Source of the DNA: Pavona decussata
Lineage: Eukaryota
DNA length: 64,000 nt
Direction of reading: 5' to 3'
Assembly (NCBI GenBank): GCA_977016875.1
Contig: CDRNST010000020.1
Coordinates: forward strand, 5,022,001 to 5,086,000
The notes beneath the pieces are model-generated. The model ran no database searches. It saw only the letters and a program-made list of their open reading frames with translations, and was not told where the DNA came from. The position numbers were made by a program, and so were the translations under genes. Shown in pieces: positions 38,401 through 50,600 of the stretch (within the stretch, counting starts at the first letter, position 1; the number at the start of each line of letters is the position of its first letter).

Positions 38401-39942
38401 AATAGGTGCACTAATAACGTCACGAGATTTCACACCCCGTCGAGACTCAGACAAACAAAGTCCAATTTTGTAAGAGATGTAGGGAAGAATATGTGAATGG
38501 CGAGCAGTTCGCTTCGATCTTTAACGGTTTTAACCGACGAAGACGACGTTCCTGGCTCTAAATTCGAAAGAAAACCAGAGGAATACACAGTCGGAGCAAC
38601 TAAAACGGTGGGTAAAGTGAAGGGGCTTAAAATTAAGCGGTAAAAGTGAGAACTCATCTCTATCATTTCTCAGGAATCGGCAACTGAAGAGATCCACAAG
38701 ATTAGGATCGAAACCGCGGTCTTGCCTGACCATTGCCTAAAATGCCACAGAATTTACGAACGGCTGAAGGACTCGTAGCAGCCCCTAGCCAAAGCAACAC
38801 AGAAGAATTGCCTCAATAATCAGTCTAAGGTGTAATCAGGAGGAAAATACTAAGTTCCCGTAACATAAACACAAACTTCACAGTTACAGAGCGGAGCGGA
38901 GCGATAACGAAAACACAGCTGTAACTAAAGCCGCTTTTAGCCCTCAAATTAACGCATTGTAGAGCTTTTAAAGAAGCTACAATGCTAAAGAAAGGATCAA
39001 GAGAAAAATAACTGTGATAAGTAACATAACATCTTGCCACAAAAGCAAATAGCCGGGCCCGGCAATACAAAAGCTGCAAGATAATGATTATTACACGGTT
39101 CAAATCCTATCTTTACAAAGATAAAAAGAGAGGCTATACTGCCGCAAGACACACTGAAATCAGTGTCTTGCGGCAGTATAGCCTCTCTTTTTATCTTTGT
39201 AAGGAAAAGGATTTGAACCAAATGCCACAAACTGCATAAGAACGACAGTCGCTACACAAAAAACAGCAAGAGGGCCATTAGATAGAACACAAAACCCAGA
39301 CATGACCTTTGAGATAAAAATACCAAACATGCGACATTTAAGCACGTGGCTTTGTTCAGTTACTATCATAAATGGCATTTAATAAGAAGAAAATACAGCG
39401 CTAAAAGAAAATTTACAGGGAGCGCCGCTCATACAACAGAGGGCGTTCCTTAAAAGACGTACTCGTTATAGCAAAACTATAACTGAACATGCCTAAAACA
39501 CGCGAGTGGGAGTCGCGCAGGCCTATATTCTTTCCTTTTTACACTGGTTATGTTTTTCTCCGTAAAGAAATCCCGCGAACAAGCAGCTAGCCAACGCTTG
39601 CACTTCGCAACATCTTGTGTTGGTTTCAGAAAAGGAACGAATACTTTCTTCCCTGATTGCCCAGCCTTTTTGAGGGATTTCGGCCACTTGTCAGGATACC
39701 TCCCGTCTGTTTTGCATTCACCCCAACAGCAGTGTTTGGTGGTTACCATTTCGGTCCGTCTTGGACGCTAACTACGCGATTTCACCAAGTTTTTCGCTTT
39801 TTGGTATTGTTACGGCAGTACTCGCTCATACATTTTCCTTTATCACATCCCAATGTTTGTCTGAGTCTGTGCAGGGGGTCTTATAGGATCTCATGTGACA
39901 AAATCTATTTTTAGTGATAGTGCACAGCGCTATTGGCCTATT
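38401..39942 (-). mobile_element. Non-autonomous DNA transposon carrying a truncated THAP-domain ORF (39477-39749)
   Basis: MVTTKHCCWGEC...FVPF...KRWLAACSR matches a THAP N-terminus but lacks the final C..H; ends AATAGG..TGCACTA / TAGTGCA..CCTATT are imperfect TIRs; no counterpart in the gene A intron. Confidence 0.55.
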
Positions 39943-40626
39943 CAGACCTGCTTCAAGTCTCGTGGCGGTAAGAATCCAGGTTCATTTTTTTAACTACTAA
40001 TGCACATTTCAATGTTGAACGTATTATATAAGTCACAGTCCACTGCGATTAAAATGCTTTTAGACGAACAAGACAGGGCATTTCATGTTTACTTAAATGA
40101 AAGCTTTTCTACAATATTCTATAATAATAAGCAATATCTATAATATATTCAACTCATTCTATAATATATTCTTCAAGCAACTTAAAGTTACACTATAACA
40201 ATTGCGTACAAAAATTGAACAGAAATGTTTTTGGAAAAAACATTCGACAAATTTTGTAAAAAATTTTCTTTTCACTTAGTTATGAACAGCTCAAAAATTT
40301 CATGATAACGATGGTAAGTTGCGTTGGATGGCTTTCATTTGAATGATAATTTTGAGACCTTGCTGTCAAAATTGAAACGTTAAAATTACAATATTTTACA
40401 GTCTCGGGTAGTGATCATCGTTAAAAGAGGAAGACATGTTTTTAATCTCTTCTTGGTTCCTTTGTTCCGTTTTCTATCAAAGGCCGGTCATAAAACTGAA
40501 CTTCCTTTTGTGACATCGTAAGCGACCATACTACTAACGATCTAGAATGATGGACACCTACTGACCAATAGTCACTTCAAAGGGATGGAGTGTTCAGCCA
40601 AAGTGCAGAGTTCAGCGACAACTTAC

Positions 40627-40720
40627 TCAAACACACAATTTGATGAAAGTGACAATTTCCTCCGAACTTGTGAGAGGCTACTGGAAAGCAGTGCTAGCAT
40701 AATTACAAATATTGATGAAT
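40627..40720 (-). promoter_or_regulatory. Putative non-coding first exon of gene B
   Basis: GTAAGT donor at 40626 in sequence homologous to 9200-9315; upstream boundary approximate. Confidence 0.4.
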
Positions 40721-41099
40721 TACCTAAATGTTCTCATTAATTGTAGCACAGTTAAACCGATCTTACGATCGGAGGTATCTTGCACTACAACGTTTGCTAC
40801 GTTTGAGTTGAGACTGATTCAAACAGTATTGAATAAGTTGAGGTTGTCGTTCAAATTATAAGGCCGCGTTCGAGACTGATTTGACTTGACTACATAAATA
40901 TCCGCCGAACAAAATGTCCATGATGTAAATTAATGTGATTTGATGGGAGTAAATTAATTCCTCCCAAGGTGTTTGCTGCAACTGAAATTTGTTACAACAT
41001 TCTGGTCGCCTAATGCAAAAAATGCCACCTTTTCAGGTAATCACGGTTTTCAAAAGAAACGATAAAGGGAAACCTTTTGATTGAGTCACTTGGTAAAAT

Positions 41100-44000
41100 A
41101 TACAAGTAAACATTTGTAAACATAAGAACATGAATAGGCCTTGCGTCACACCTCACACAAAAAATTTTAAACACAATTCTCATCGGGTGTAACGTCGCAG
41201 TTTTCAAAAGACAAGATGAAATCACATGAATTGGATGAATTAGATTTAAAAAATACAAGTAGTATTAAATCATTTACGAATTATAAAAAAAATGTTCTGT
41301 CGTGGCTAGCACGAACTCATCCTATCGAAATTCTTGCTTAAGAAAACCCCAATTTCTAAAGGATAAGACCATAAAATTAAAGCAAATCTGAAATCAGGGA
41401 ATTTTTGGTTAGACTGTTCAGGTTTTGAATAATAAAAGTGAACACTTTAGACGTAAACAGGAATTCTGCCGTATTTACACTAGCCTGAAAGATGTTAAAT
41501 TCAAATTACTTTCAATGCTACAAGAAGATTAAACCCTTCAGTGTAAAAACGAAAAAAAGAAACATAGAGAAATACCGCTTTCAATACTCTATTCTGTGTA
41601 TCCGGAAGTTGTTTGGCTTCTCCGCGTTGCACAGATCCGAATCACCTGTCCTAGCCAAAATCGAAAGCAAATGCCTTTTAATTACGATGCGCGACTCCCT
41701 CTTACTAGACAATTCCATTCGAGGGCACAAAGCCAGTTATTTATAAAAATATCCTTAGGGCAGTTTAACACAAATTGCGAAAGAACATAAATTATCCGCA
41801 GTTGTCAAGGTGAATTTTATGCAGTCGCATCTCGCTGTCTTTTCAGGGAAGCGAAATGTTTCTTAATGATAGGGAGTGTTTCGAGAGTCGTTAGAAACAA
41901 TTGTAAAACAACATTCAAGGGGAATGAGTTTCTGCTCTGGAGGTTCAATGGGGACTGTTTATCATTCTTCTACTATCCCGTCTCCTTCCTAGTTGACAAT
42001 AAGCGCGCTGCACGTGCTATTCATTGCCTGGCAACTATCTCAAACTAGATATCGTGCCGAGGTCCTAAGCTGTACGTAGATGTCGTGCGTCGTAGGTACT
42101 GAAATGCAGTTGTTATCAACAATTACTCAACCAGTTGAAAAAGTATTTCTTTCTATTTATAATCACCAAAATATGTATACCTTAGCTTTACTACGGTACA
42201 AGTATTTAATGTCGAATGACTGTGTTTATCACTACTCAATAGAACCGATTGTATACAAGAGGGGAGGGGAGGGAAGTTTAGGACAGCGGAAGACTATCAC
42301 ATGTTTTTAGATGCAATACAATACTCCTTTGCATCTCTACAATACATTGTGTTAATTAGTTCCAGTATTCTTTTGTATCTCTGGAATGTTGGAACCGCGC
42401 TCTAATCGGTTCCTTGATAGTAGACATTTCTAGAATCAACTCTGATTAGTTATCATCAAGACATTCAAGATATTTCACGCAGCATAAATTTAGCGGGGTT
42501 TTCCATTGACAGATCGATACTATGATCACGTGCTGTGTTTTTGGCCTATTGAGACACATCACGAAAGAATTCTTGCTTAGGTTGCAGACAGTTTGTTTAA
42601 ATTTTACTATATTTAAGATATTCTTTCTCCACAGTATACTCTATAGTGTGCTATCCTGTTCATCGCGTAAATCTGCATACCGTGCGTTGGTGGGCTACAG
42701 AAAGGACGTAAACAACACAGTAATTTATGAAATGAGGCAGAGCTGACAGAAAACAAGAAGGTCCACTTGAAACATTCGGACAGGAAAGTAGGCAAATTCC
42801 GAGAAGAGAATTGTTTTGTATGAATCGTTGTCTTGTTCAGCTTAACAGTCTCATTTCGCCTCTAAGACCCCTACTAACATTACTCCCACGAAAACCATTC
42901 CCGAAATCTCTGGCTGAAACATTCGCATTACTCCTGTTAAATCTGTGATCATAGAGTGATCCGACAGAGAGGATTCTGGCTCTGTAAATAAAACTATGGT
43001 ACAAGCTAAAGTCCAGAGACCCAGGAAAGCCCAAGTCAGCACGTGCCTGCTCACCGAAGGACTGGAATGGTAGGGGGTAAATATTGTGTAGACGCACTCT
43101 ATGAGCAGTTAAACCCGAACAACAGGATAATGAAACAGGATTAGCAACGGCTTTACGTAGATGTCGCTTTCTCCGAGTGAAACAAAGGAAATACGAGACA
43201 TCTACACTCGGGGATATCTTTTCTGAGCGTTAAGGCAGCAGAGGCTAGCGCAGTGAACCTTCACGCCTGGTGGTACTGTTCGCTGCCCAACCAATTGCTT
43301 AACAGACGCTTCACCGCATTGAAGTTTAATTAAATGACCAGATGAAACTTCTTTTTACACACTTCTGCTACCAAATGTACAAGTCAACATTTTGAAACCT
43401 TAAATAGGCCTTGCGTCATACCTGGCAAAAAAACATTCTATCAAACAATTCTCATCGGTTCTAAAATCGCAGTTTTTAAAGATAACATGAGATCACATTA
43501 ATTGGTTGAACGAGGTTTTCAGAAATTCAAGTAACATTAAATTATTTACCAATCATAAATAGATGATGCGTCGCGCACGAAACATCCCATTGAAATTCTC
43601 AGTACATGGTGTCAAGATAGCATTCTCTAAGATAATCGCAAGTTCTAAAACTGAAGACATTAAATTGAAGCAAAGATATCAGCAAATTTTTGGTAAGACT
43701 GTTCACGTTTTGAATAATAAAAAGTGAACTTGTCAGAACTAAACACGAATTTTGTCATATTTACACTTAGTCCACTTACTGAAAGATGTAAATTAAACTG
43801 AAATAAGTTTGCCAAATCCTATATGAAGATTAAGCCGTTGAGTTTAAAAATAAAAAAGGAAGCAAATATTGGAAGACAGATAAATACCGCTTCCAATGCC
43901 CTATGCTGAGTATCCGCAAGTTGTTGGGTTCCTTGGTGTTATACAGATCCAAATAACCTGTCCTTGCTAATGTCGGAGCATACACTTTTTAATTAAAATG

Positions 44001-45226
44001 CAGGAGGTCCTTTTACGAGATAATTACTCACGAAAATAGCCTTTAGCCGAGATAAATTATGCGCAATTATCAAGGTAAAAAAAGGCGTAGTACAATCTCT
44101 TTGTGTTTTGAGGGAAACGTTCTTTTTTTTTTATTGAAAGGGAGCTGTTATAGAGTAATAAGAAGCAACAGTGTAACAATATTCTAAAGAAACTGGTTTC
44201 TGCTCGAAATCACATGGGGAGTTTAACAGGTACTGTTTATCATTCTTGTACTATCCAGTCTGCTTCCTTGACAATAAATGCGTGGTGCACGTGCTACTCC
44301 CTGAAAGCAATCTGGTGGGAAGGTAGCCGGATTTCGTGGATAGTAGGTGGATGGAGTGCGTCATAGGTACTAAAATGCATTTGTCCTCGGCAATAACTGA
44401 ACTGGCTGAAATAGTATTTTATTTGTAAATGGAAACCCATAAATGTATACCTTCGCTATACTACGGTCTCACTCCTGGATACTGAGAAGCTATTGTATAC
44501 TAGAGGGGAGGAGAGTTGTATTCTAGAGGGGTTGAGAGTCGAGTTGGAGAATTGAAGATTATCGCATATTTATAGATAAACCACAATACTTCTTTGCATC
44601 TTTACAATATACTGTATTGATGTTCCAGTATTCTACCGTTTCTCTGGATTATGGTTACCGGCGCTCTAGTTGGTTTGGTGGAATTAACTCTGATTAGTTA
44701 TCATCAAGAAACAATCAAACAATCATTGAAACTATGATCTATATATCAAACAATCATTAAAACTATGATCATGTGCCTATCAAGAAGCATTACAACAGAA
44801 ATCTTGTTAAAGGTTGCAGATGTAAAGTCTACATCGCGGTATACCTGTAAATCGTGTTTTAGAAGGTTTCAGAAGGGATATGACAAAATAAATTAACTCG
44901 TGAAACGTGGAGGATGATGATTTAGATGCTAAAAGCTTTCGAGGCAGGGTGACAGTAACAAGAAGTTCCACTTGAAGCTGTTAGACAGGAAAGCTGGTTT
45001 CTCCCGGGACGCACTCTCCCCGAAGGACTGCAAAGGTACGGGGAAATATTGTGTAAGTGCACCTTACCGGAAATTAAACCCAAACAGCGAGGATAATGAA
45101 ACAGGATTAACAACAGCTCAACGCAGATATCTATATCTCCTTGTCAAGCAGAGTAGAAGACATCTGCACGCGGGAGTATTTGTTCCCAGTGTTTAGATAT
45201 GAGCGGATATGAGCCTTCACGCCAGG
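41100..45226. repeat. Diverged tandem duplication of a ~2-kb non-coding block (41100-43270 and 43380-45226)
   Basis: Collinear anchors: AATAGGCCTTGCGTCA (41134/43403), ACTGTTTATCATTCTT, AACTCTGATTAGTTATCATCAAGA, GGATAATGAAACAGGATTA, CCTTCACGCC. Confidence 0.85.
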
Positions 45227-45337
45227 CGAGGGAGGGAGACAGTAATACCGAGTTGGGTTTAACATATTGTCTCAGGGTGTAGCTTAACTATATTTCAAAC
45301 GCAATCAATACACCTTCATTGACCTCAACAAATCAGT

Positions 45338-45343
45338 TTTATT
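45338..45343 (-). terminator. Poly(A) signal of gene C
   Basis: AATAAA on minus strand about 35 nt after the stop codon. Confidence 0.55.
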
Positions 45344-45377
45344 GAGTTAAAATTGAATTGAGGTTTAACAAAAAATT

Positions 45378-47615
45378 TCACTTCTTTTGCAGTTGATAGT
45401 CGGCGTCACGTGATCTCTTCTTCAAGGCCATGAATGCGACACCGAATGTGGTCAGGCCTGTAATGAGGGCCATGGCTACAACAAGTGGGATGTTCAATCC
45501 ATCTGGAGGAGAAATTACACATCATATAATATTTGTTAGGTTTTCCTAATTGTTTGCTTGTTTGATGGTCACATGCCTCTTGCAACGCAAAGCATGAAAA
45601 GAACTGCGCAGTGAACCGGTTTGACAGTCAATATACAACGCCACTTGTACATCAGTTCTTTTGGTTTGAAAGTGTTGTTATAAGACCCTTCGAATCTAAT
45701 TTTTTGGGGGGTGTTTTGTTAACAAAAGATTTCAAAACTTCGGTAATCATGTAATAGAGACTTTTAAATATGCAACAAGCCACCAAAGCGAGTTGCTCAA
45801 CAACATCTTCGAGACAAGTGAATAAAAATTATCCATAAATTTTTCTGAACAAATCCTTTCTCAATAGAACACGACGACCAAACATTACTTCAATTTAATG
45901 TAAAAACATTTTTACTTGATTCGCAAAACGTCTTTTTAGAATAGTAAAGAACACTTCTCTTGGAAATTCAAATTTCAAGATGATTATAAAATATTCTTAT
46001 ACCATATTCCAGTCGATGTAAATTTGAGTTTGAAGCATTCGGCAATTTTAGAAAGTATGTTAGGAAAGCAAGCCAAGCTAAATAAAAGAATTGCATCTTA
46101 ATACTTAATTTATAGGTCATACAATTACCTACCCATTATGTCTATTTTACGGGGAACAGAGTTGTCATCTTCCTTCTGATAGTCCGCGTCAGTGTAATCC
46201 AGAGCGATTGGTCCTTGTGCCAGGGAATATTCTCTATAATCTTCGACATCGCGTCTAACTCGGGCGTTCTTTCTACATCCCTGAGCGCACCTGGATTGTG
46301 CATCGGATGCATTGCAAATGACAACTTGACAGTGAATGAAGACAAACGCCTGATCCACAAACTCAAAGGCTTCTAAACCAAATCGATAGTAGCCCTTGGG
46401 GGAGAGGTAGATTTCTACCGTATCATCAACGGCGCAGCTGGTGAAAAAAGAAATTGCAATCACTTACTTGGAGGCAGTTGTCTACAATTGAAGACTATTC
46501 TTTCAAGTTGAACTCTGTGTATTGATTTGAAGTAAAACTCTTTTTGTAGTACAGTATTTAACGCCTTCGCCGACTCTCATTTGGTTTAGAGAAAATGGTA
46601 TGATTGCAGAGCGTATTAAGAAAAAATAAGATGCTTAGCACTTTTAAACGGCAATAACAGACATTTGATGTTACCCTTCATTCAGTATGATGTGTTTCTT
46701 GGGATCATTTTCATCAGGAGTTGGTGTGGCGAAGCATCTTCTGCCGATGATTGACAGCCGCTTGTCATTGCTATCAACCCTTCCTTGAACATACATGTTT
46801 TGACGGAGTTTCAGTGATAGAGGGAAATCATCAGGGCCATAAGCAGTTTCAAACCTGAAATTATAAGAAAAAATAGCCAATGAATTGAGTGAAACGTCAC
46901 ACCGCAGATTGGTTTCTGACCACTATACCATCTTTCTGTTTGGTGAGGTTACATCCACATTTAATTTTGTTGGCAATGAAGTAAGATGATATGCTTGGGA
47001 AAATATGTTTGAACTGATTCGCAATAATGGGCAACAAAAAGGTATTTTTTATAACAAAGAGCTTCTTGGTATAAACTATGACAAATACTACATCTGTTTA
47101 AAGACGGACGTCGTTGAAAAATAAATTCATTTTCAATTCTGTGTGTTGTTTACGGGTGTATTTTTAAAGCATTTCTTTGTTTTGGGTAAAAATTTAACGA
47201 ACTTCGTACCTTTTGCTGTGGAACAATTCCAGGACGACAGAAAAGTTTCCTTTTCCTTTTTCAGAGAACACAAGTTTTCGATTTTCTGGTTTCATTCCAA
47301 CCGCTGTTGCCACTCTGGAGTTGGAATAAAAGCAACTGAAAGGGATCTCGATCTCCCTGACGCGTGTTATGATGTCAGATTGTTTCAGTGGAATCTCCAG
47401 AACCTTGTTGCTGTATACAATGGCGGATTTGGTATGCCTCCGTTTGGTGTTGCATCCAGTCAGCTGTGTTTTGAGATTAAAGTGCGTGGAAGTTTCAGTT
47501 GCTCCGCATTTTGGGTCCAGGAGTCGAAGATGCTCACGGTCCATTCCTTTGAGGATGGTCTTGGGGATAGTGATGGACATGTCGTTTGGCAGGCATTTCA
47601 CGATGACTCCTTTTG
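45378..47615 (-). CDS. ZP module, furin site, TM helix and short tail of gene C
   Basis: ZP-N with 4 Cys ([12 protein letters not shown]...IPFSCFY); ZP-C ([16 protein letters not shown]...SRCAQGC); RVRR furin consensus; LAQGPI external hydrophobic patch; [25 protein letters not shown] then [14 protein letters not shown]. Confidence 0.92.
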
Positions 47616-50600
47616 CTAAATAGTAAAGAGATTACAGGTATTTACTAAAATAAGCTTTTATGATTGGTGGAATAGTCGAATAGACTTCCCTCATAGCGTA
47701 GAATTAGCGTTTTCCTCTCCTCTTTTTCTTTTTATGTGTGCATTTGTGCTTCAGCTGTCTTGCTGACCTGTATTTTATTTCTATTTAATACTGATGTCAA
47801 CTGGCTGCCTGGTTCCGCTAGTCCCTATGATTATTCCAGGCAGCCAGTACTCTAATTATTACTTTTAATATTTTCTTTGTTGTTGTAGTACAAATAAAGA
47901 TTGATTAAAGATCGATTGAGTCGACTGGAACATCTTACCTTCACACGAATGCTTGTCGTCAGCTAATGATAATTCTGCGTCTGGACATGTGCATATGTAA
48001 CTTCCAAGCGCGTTCGTACAGTCGTGGGAGCAACCGCCGTTGTTTACTGCGCATTCATCGATATCTGAAAAAGTAGTTTTTAGATTGTTATTATTCTTAT
48101 GTTGCAGTACATTCAACCTAAAATTATCAACAGGTTTAAAGCAATTTTTTATTTCCACAATGTGTTCCATTAGATCAGCTTGTATGTGCAGCTGTATGAG
48201 TGTTTGTACACTATGCTCCATTTAGGCCTGGATTGGAATTGGGCAATCATTCATTGGTGTCTATGGGTAATCATAAAAGTTAAAAGTTAAAAGTGTGTTA
48301 TTTAATAGTTCCGGTTTGATTAAATATTCTAGAGTACGAGTAAACTCGTGTTGAGAATTCATTATTGTGTTTATTTTCCTTTCACAGACACATCGGTAAC
48401 TTCTGGACACATTTTCAGAAGTTTCATGTTTTTGGCATAATTTGTTATTTGCTATTGTACTTCCGGGTCTTCAATAAATATTCTACAAGTTTTTGTGATC
48501 TTCTTCGCGATCTTTTGCTGTATTACCCACCTTACAGGCACATTGGTAACTTCCAGGAAAATTTACACAAGTTCCTCCATGTTGACAAAGCCGCTTAGTA
48601 TGGTAGTCATTTATATTTGAAATGAAAGCATGGTCCCTAATTACAGACGGTGACCAAACAGCAGAAAATACCGTTGAAAGCCCTCCATTTGAATGGATAT
48701 GCAGAAATTACATCAGAAAGTAATAAACGTTCAAGAAGGTTCAACTAGTAGGGTGTCGTATAATCAGATAATTCAGAGCCAGGCCTGGATACAAATTAGA
48801 AGATTATAAAAGCACACTTTTGGGAGGGGGAGGTGTACACTTTGGATGTTTTAACTAACTTAAGAGACAAACTGCGGTTCTTTGTGTGTTCCACTTACCG
48901 GTGCATGTTTCTCCGTTTCCTGAATATCCAGCTTTACAACTACAGGTGTGGGATCCCTCATTATTGCTGCACACGGCATTGACATCACAGCGGTGAGAAT
49001 TCGTAGAACACTCGTTTATATCTGTTATCAAAATGTGACGAAAGATTCGTTAAATCCATGGTTGAAGCGAGGTTGGAGTGGTTGCCAAAATAAATTATGT
49101 TGTAGTTCGAAGGGGGGACATTTTACCTTAAAAGCATTTTGGTTATGTCGCTATGAAGGTTGGCGAATAGAACTGTAAGATCGGGATTGTTCCTATTATT
49201 GTTAGTGTTGGTTAATAAACATTGCAAAACATTTTACCAGAGCACGTTTGTCCGTCTCCTGTATATCCAGCTTTGCAAGTACAAGTGTAATATCCCTTCG
49301 TGTTTTTGCAGGCGGCATTGACATCACAAATATCCGCAATGGAAGAACACTCGTCTATATCTACAAACAAAAATAACGCACAGTAGAAAAATGCGTTTTG
49401 CCTGTACATGAATTAAATGTTATCAGGAAGCAAGTAAACACCAAAGTTCAACTGATGGAGTATAATAGAATCGCAGGATTTAACATATTCAGGAGATGAA
49501 TTAAAAGAACGAGGGCCACATTTTTGTAGTTTAGTCAAAGATTATAAAAGTACACTTTTGGGAGGGGGAGGTGTACACTTTGGATGTTTAACTAACTTAA
49601 GAGACAAACTGCGGTTCCTTGTGTGTTCTACTCACCTGTGCATGTTTCTCCGTTTCCTGAATATCCAGCTTTACAACTACAGGTGTGGGATCCCTCATTA
49701 TTGCTGCACACGGCATTGACATCACAGCGGTGAGAATTCGTAGAACACTCGTTTATATCTGTTATCAAAATGTGACGAAAGACTCGTTAAATGATGGTTG
49801 AAGCGAGGTTGGAGTGGTTGCCAAAATAAATTATGCTTTAACTCGAAGGGGGGACATTTTACTTTAAAAGCATTTTGGTTATGTCGCTAGGAAGGTTGGC
49901 GAATAGAACTGTAAGATCGGCATTGTTCCTATTATTGCTAGAGTTGGTTAATAAACATTGCAAAACATTTTACCAGAGCACGTTTGTCCGTCTCCTGTAT
50001 ATCCAGCTTTGCAAGTACAAGTGTAAGATCCCTTCGTGTTTTTGCAGGCGGCATTGACATCACAAATATCAGCAATGGAAGAACACTCGTCTACATCTAG
50101 AAACAGAAATAACACATTGTAGAAAAATGCATTTTGCCAGCACATGCAATAAAAAATGTTATCAATGAAAGAAGAAAGCTACAAAGTTCAACTGATGGAG
50201 TGTCAAAAAACCGCGGGATTGAGAATTTTGAGGAGCACAGCTGTTTTAAGAGGAGGCCACATTTTGGTATTTTAGCTGAAGACATGAGTACTTTTTACGT
50301 GTTTTACTTACCAGTACACGTTTCTCCGTTCCCTGAATAGCCAGCTTTACAACTACAGGTGTGGGATCCTTGATTATTGGTGCACACTGCATTGACGTCA
50401 CAACGGTGAGAATTGGTTGAACACTCGTTTATATCTGTAACCAAAATATGAATCAAGTTTATTAAATCTATTGACTTCAACAGGGCTCCGCACGTAACTA
50501 ACAAGGGAAACTTCTGCGTTAGAAAAACACTGGAATCCTGACATGCGGCAGTTACAAATGAAGCAGACAATAATGCGAAACAATTATCCAGAAAATACTC

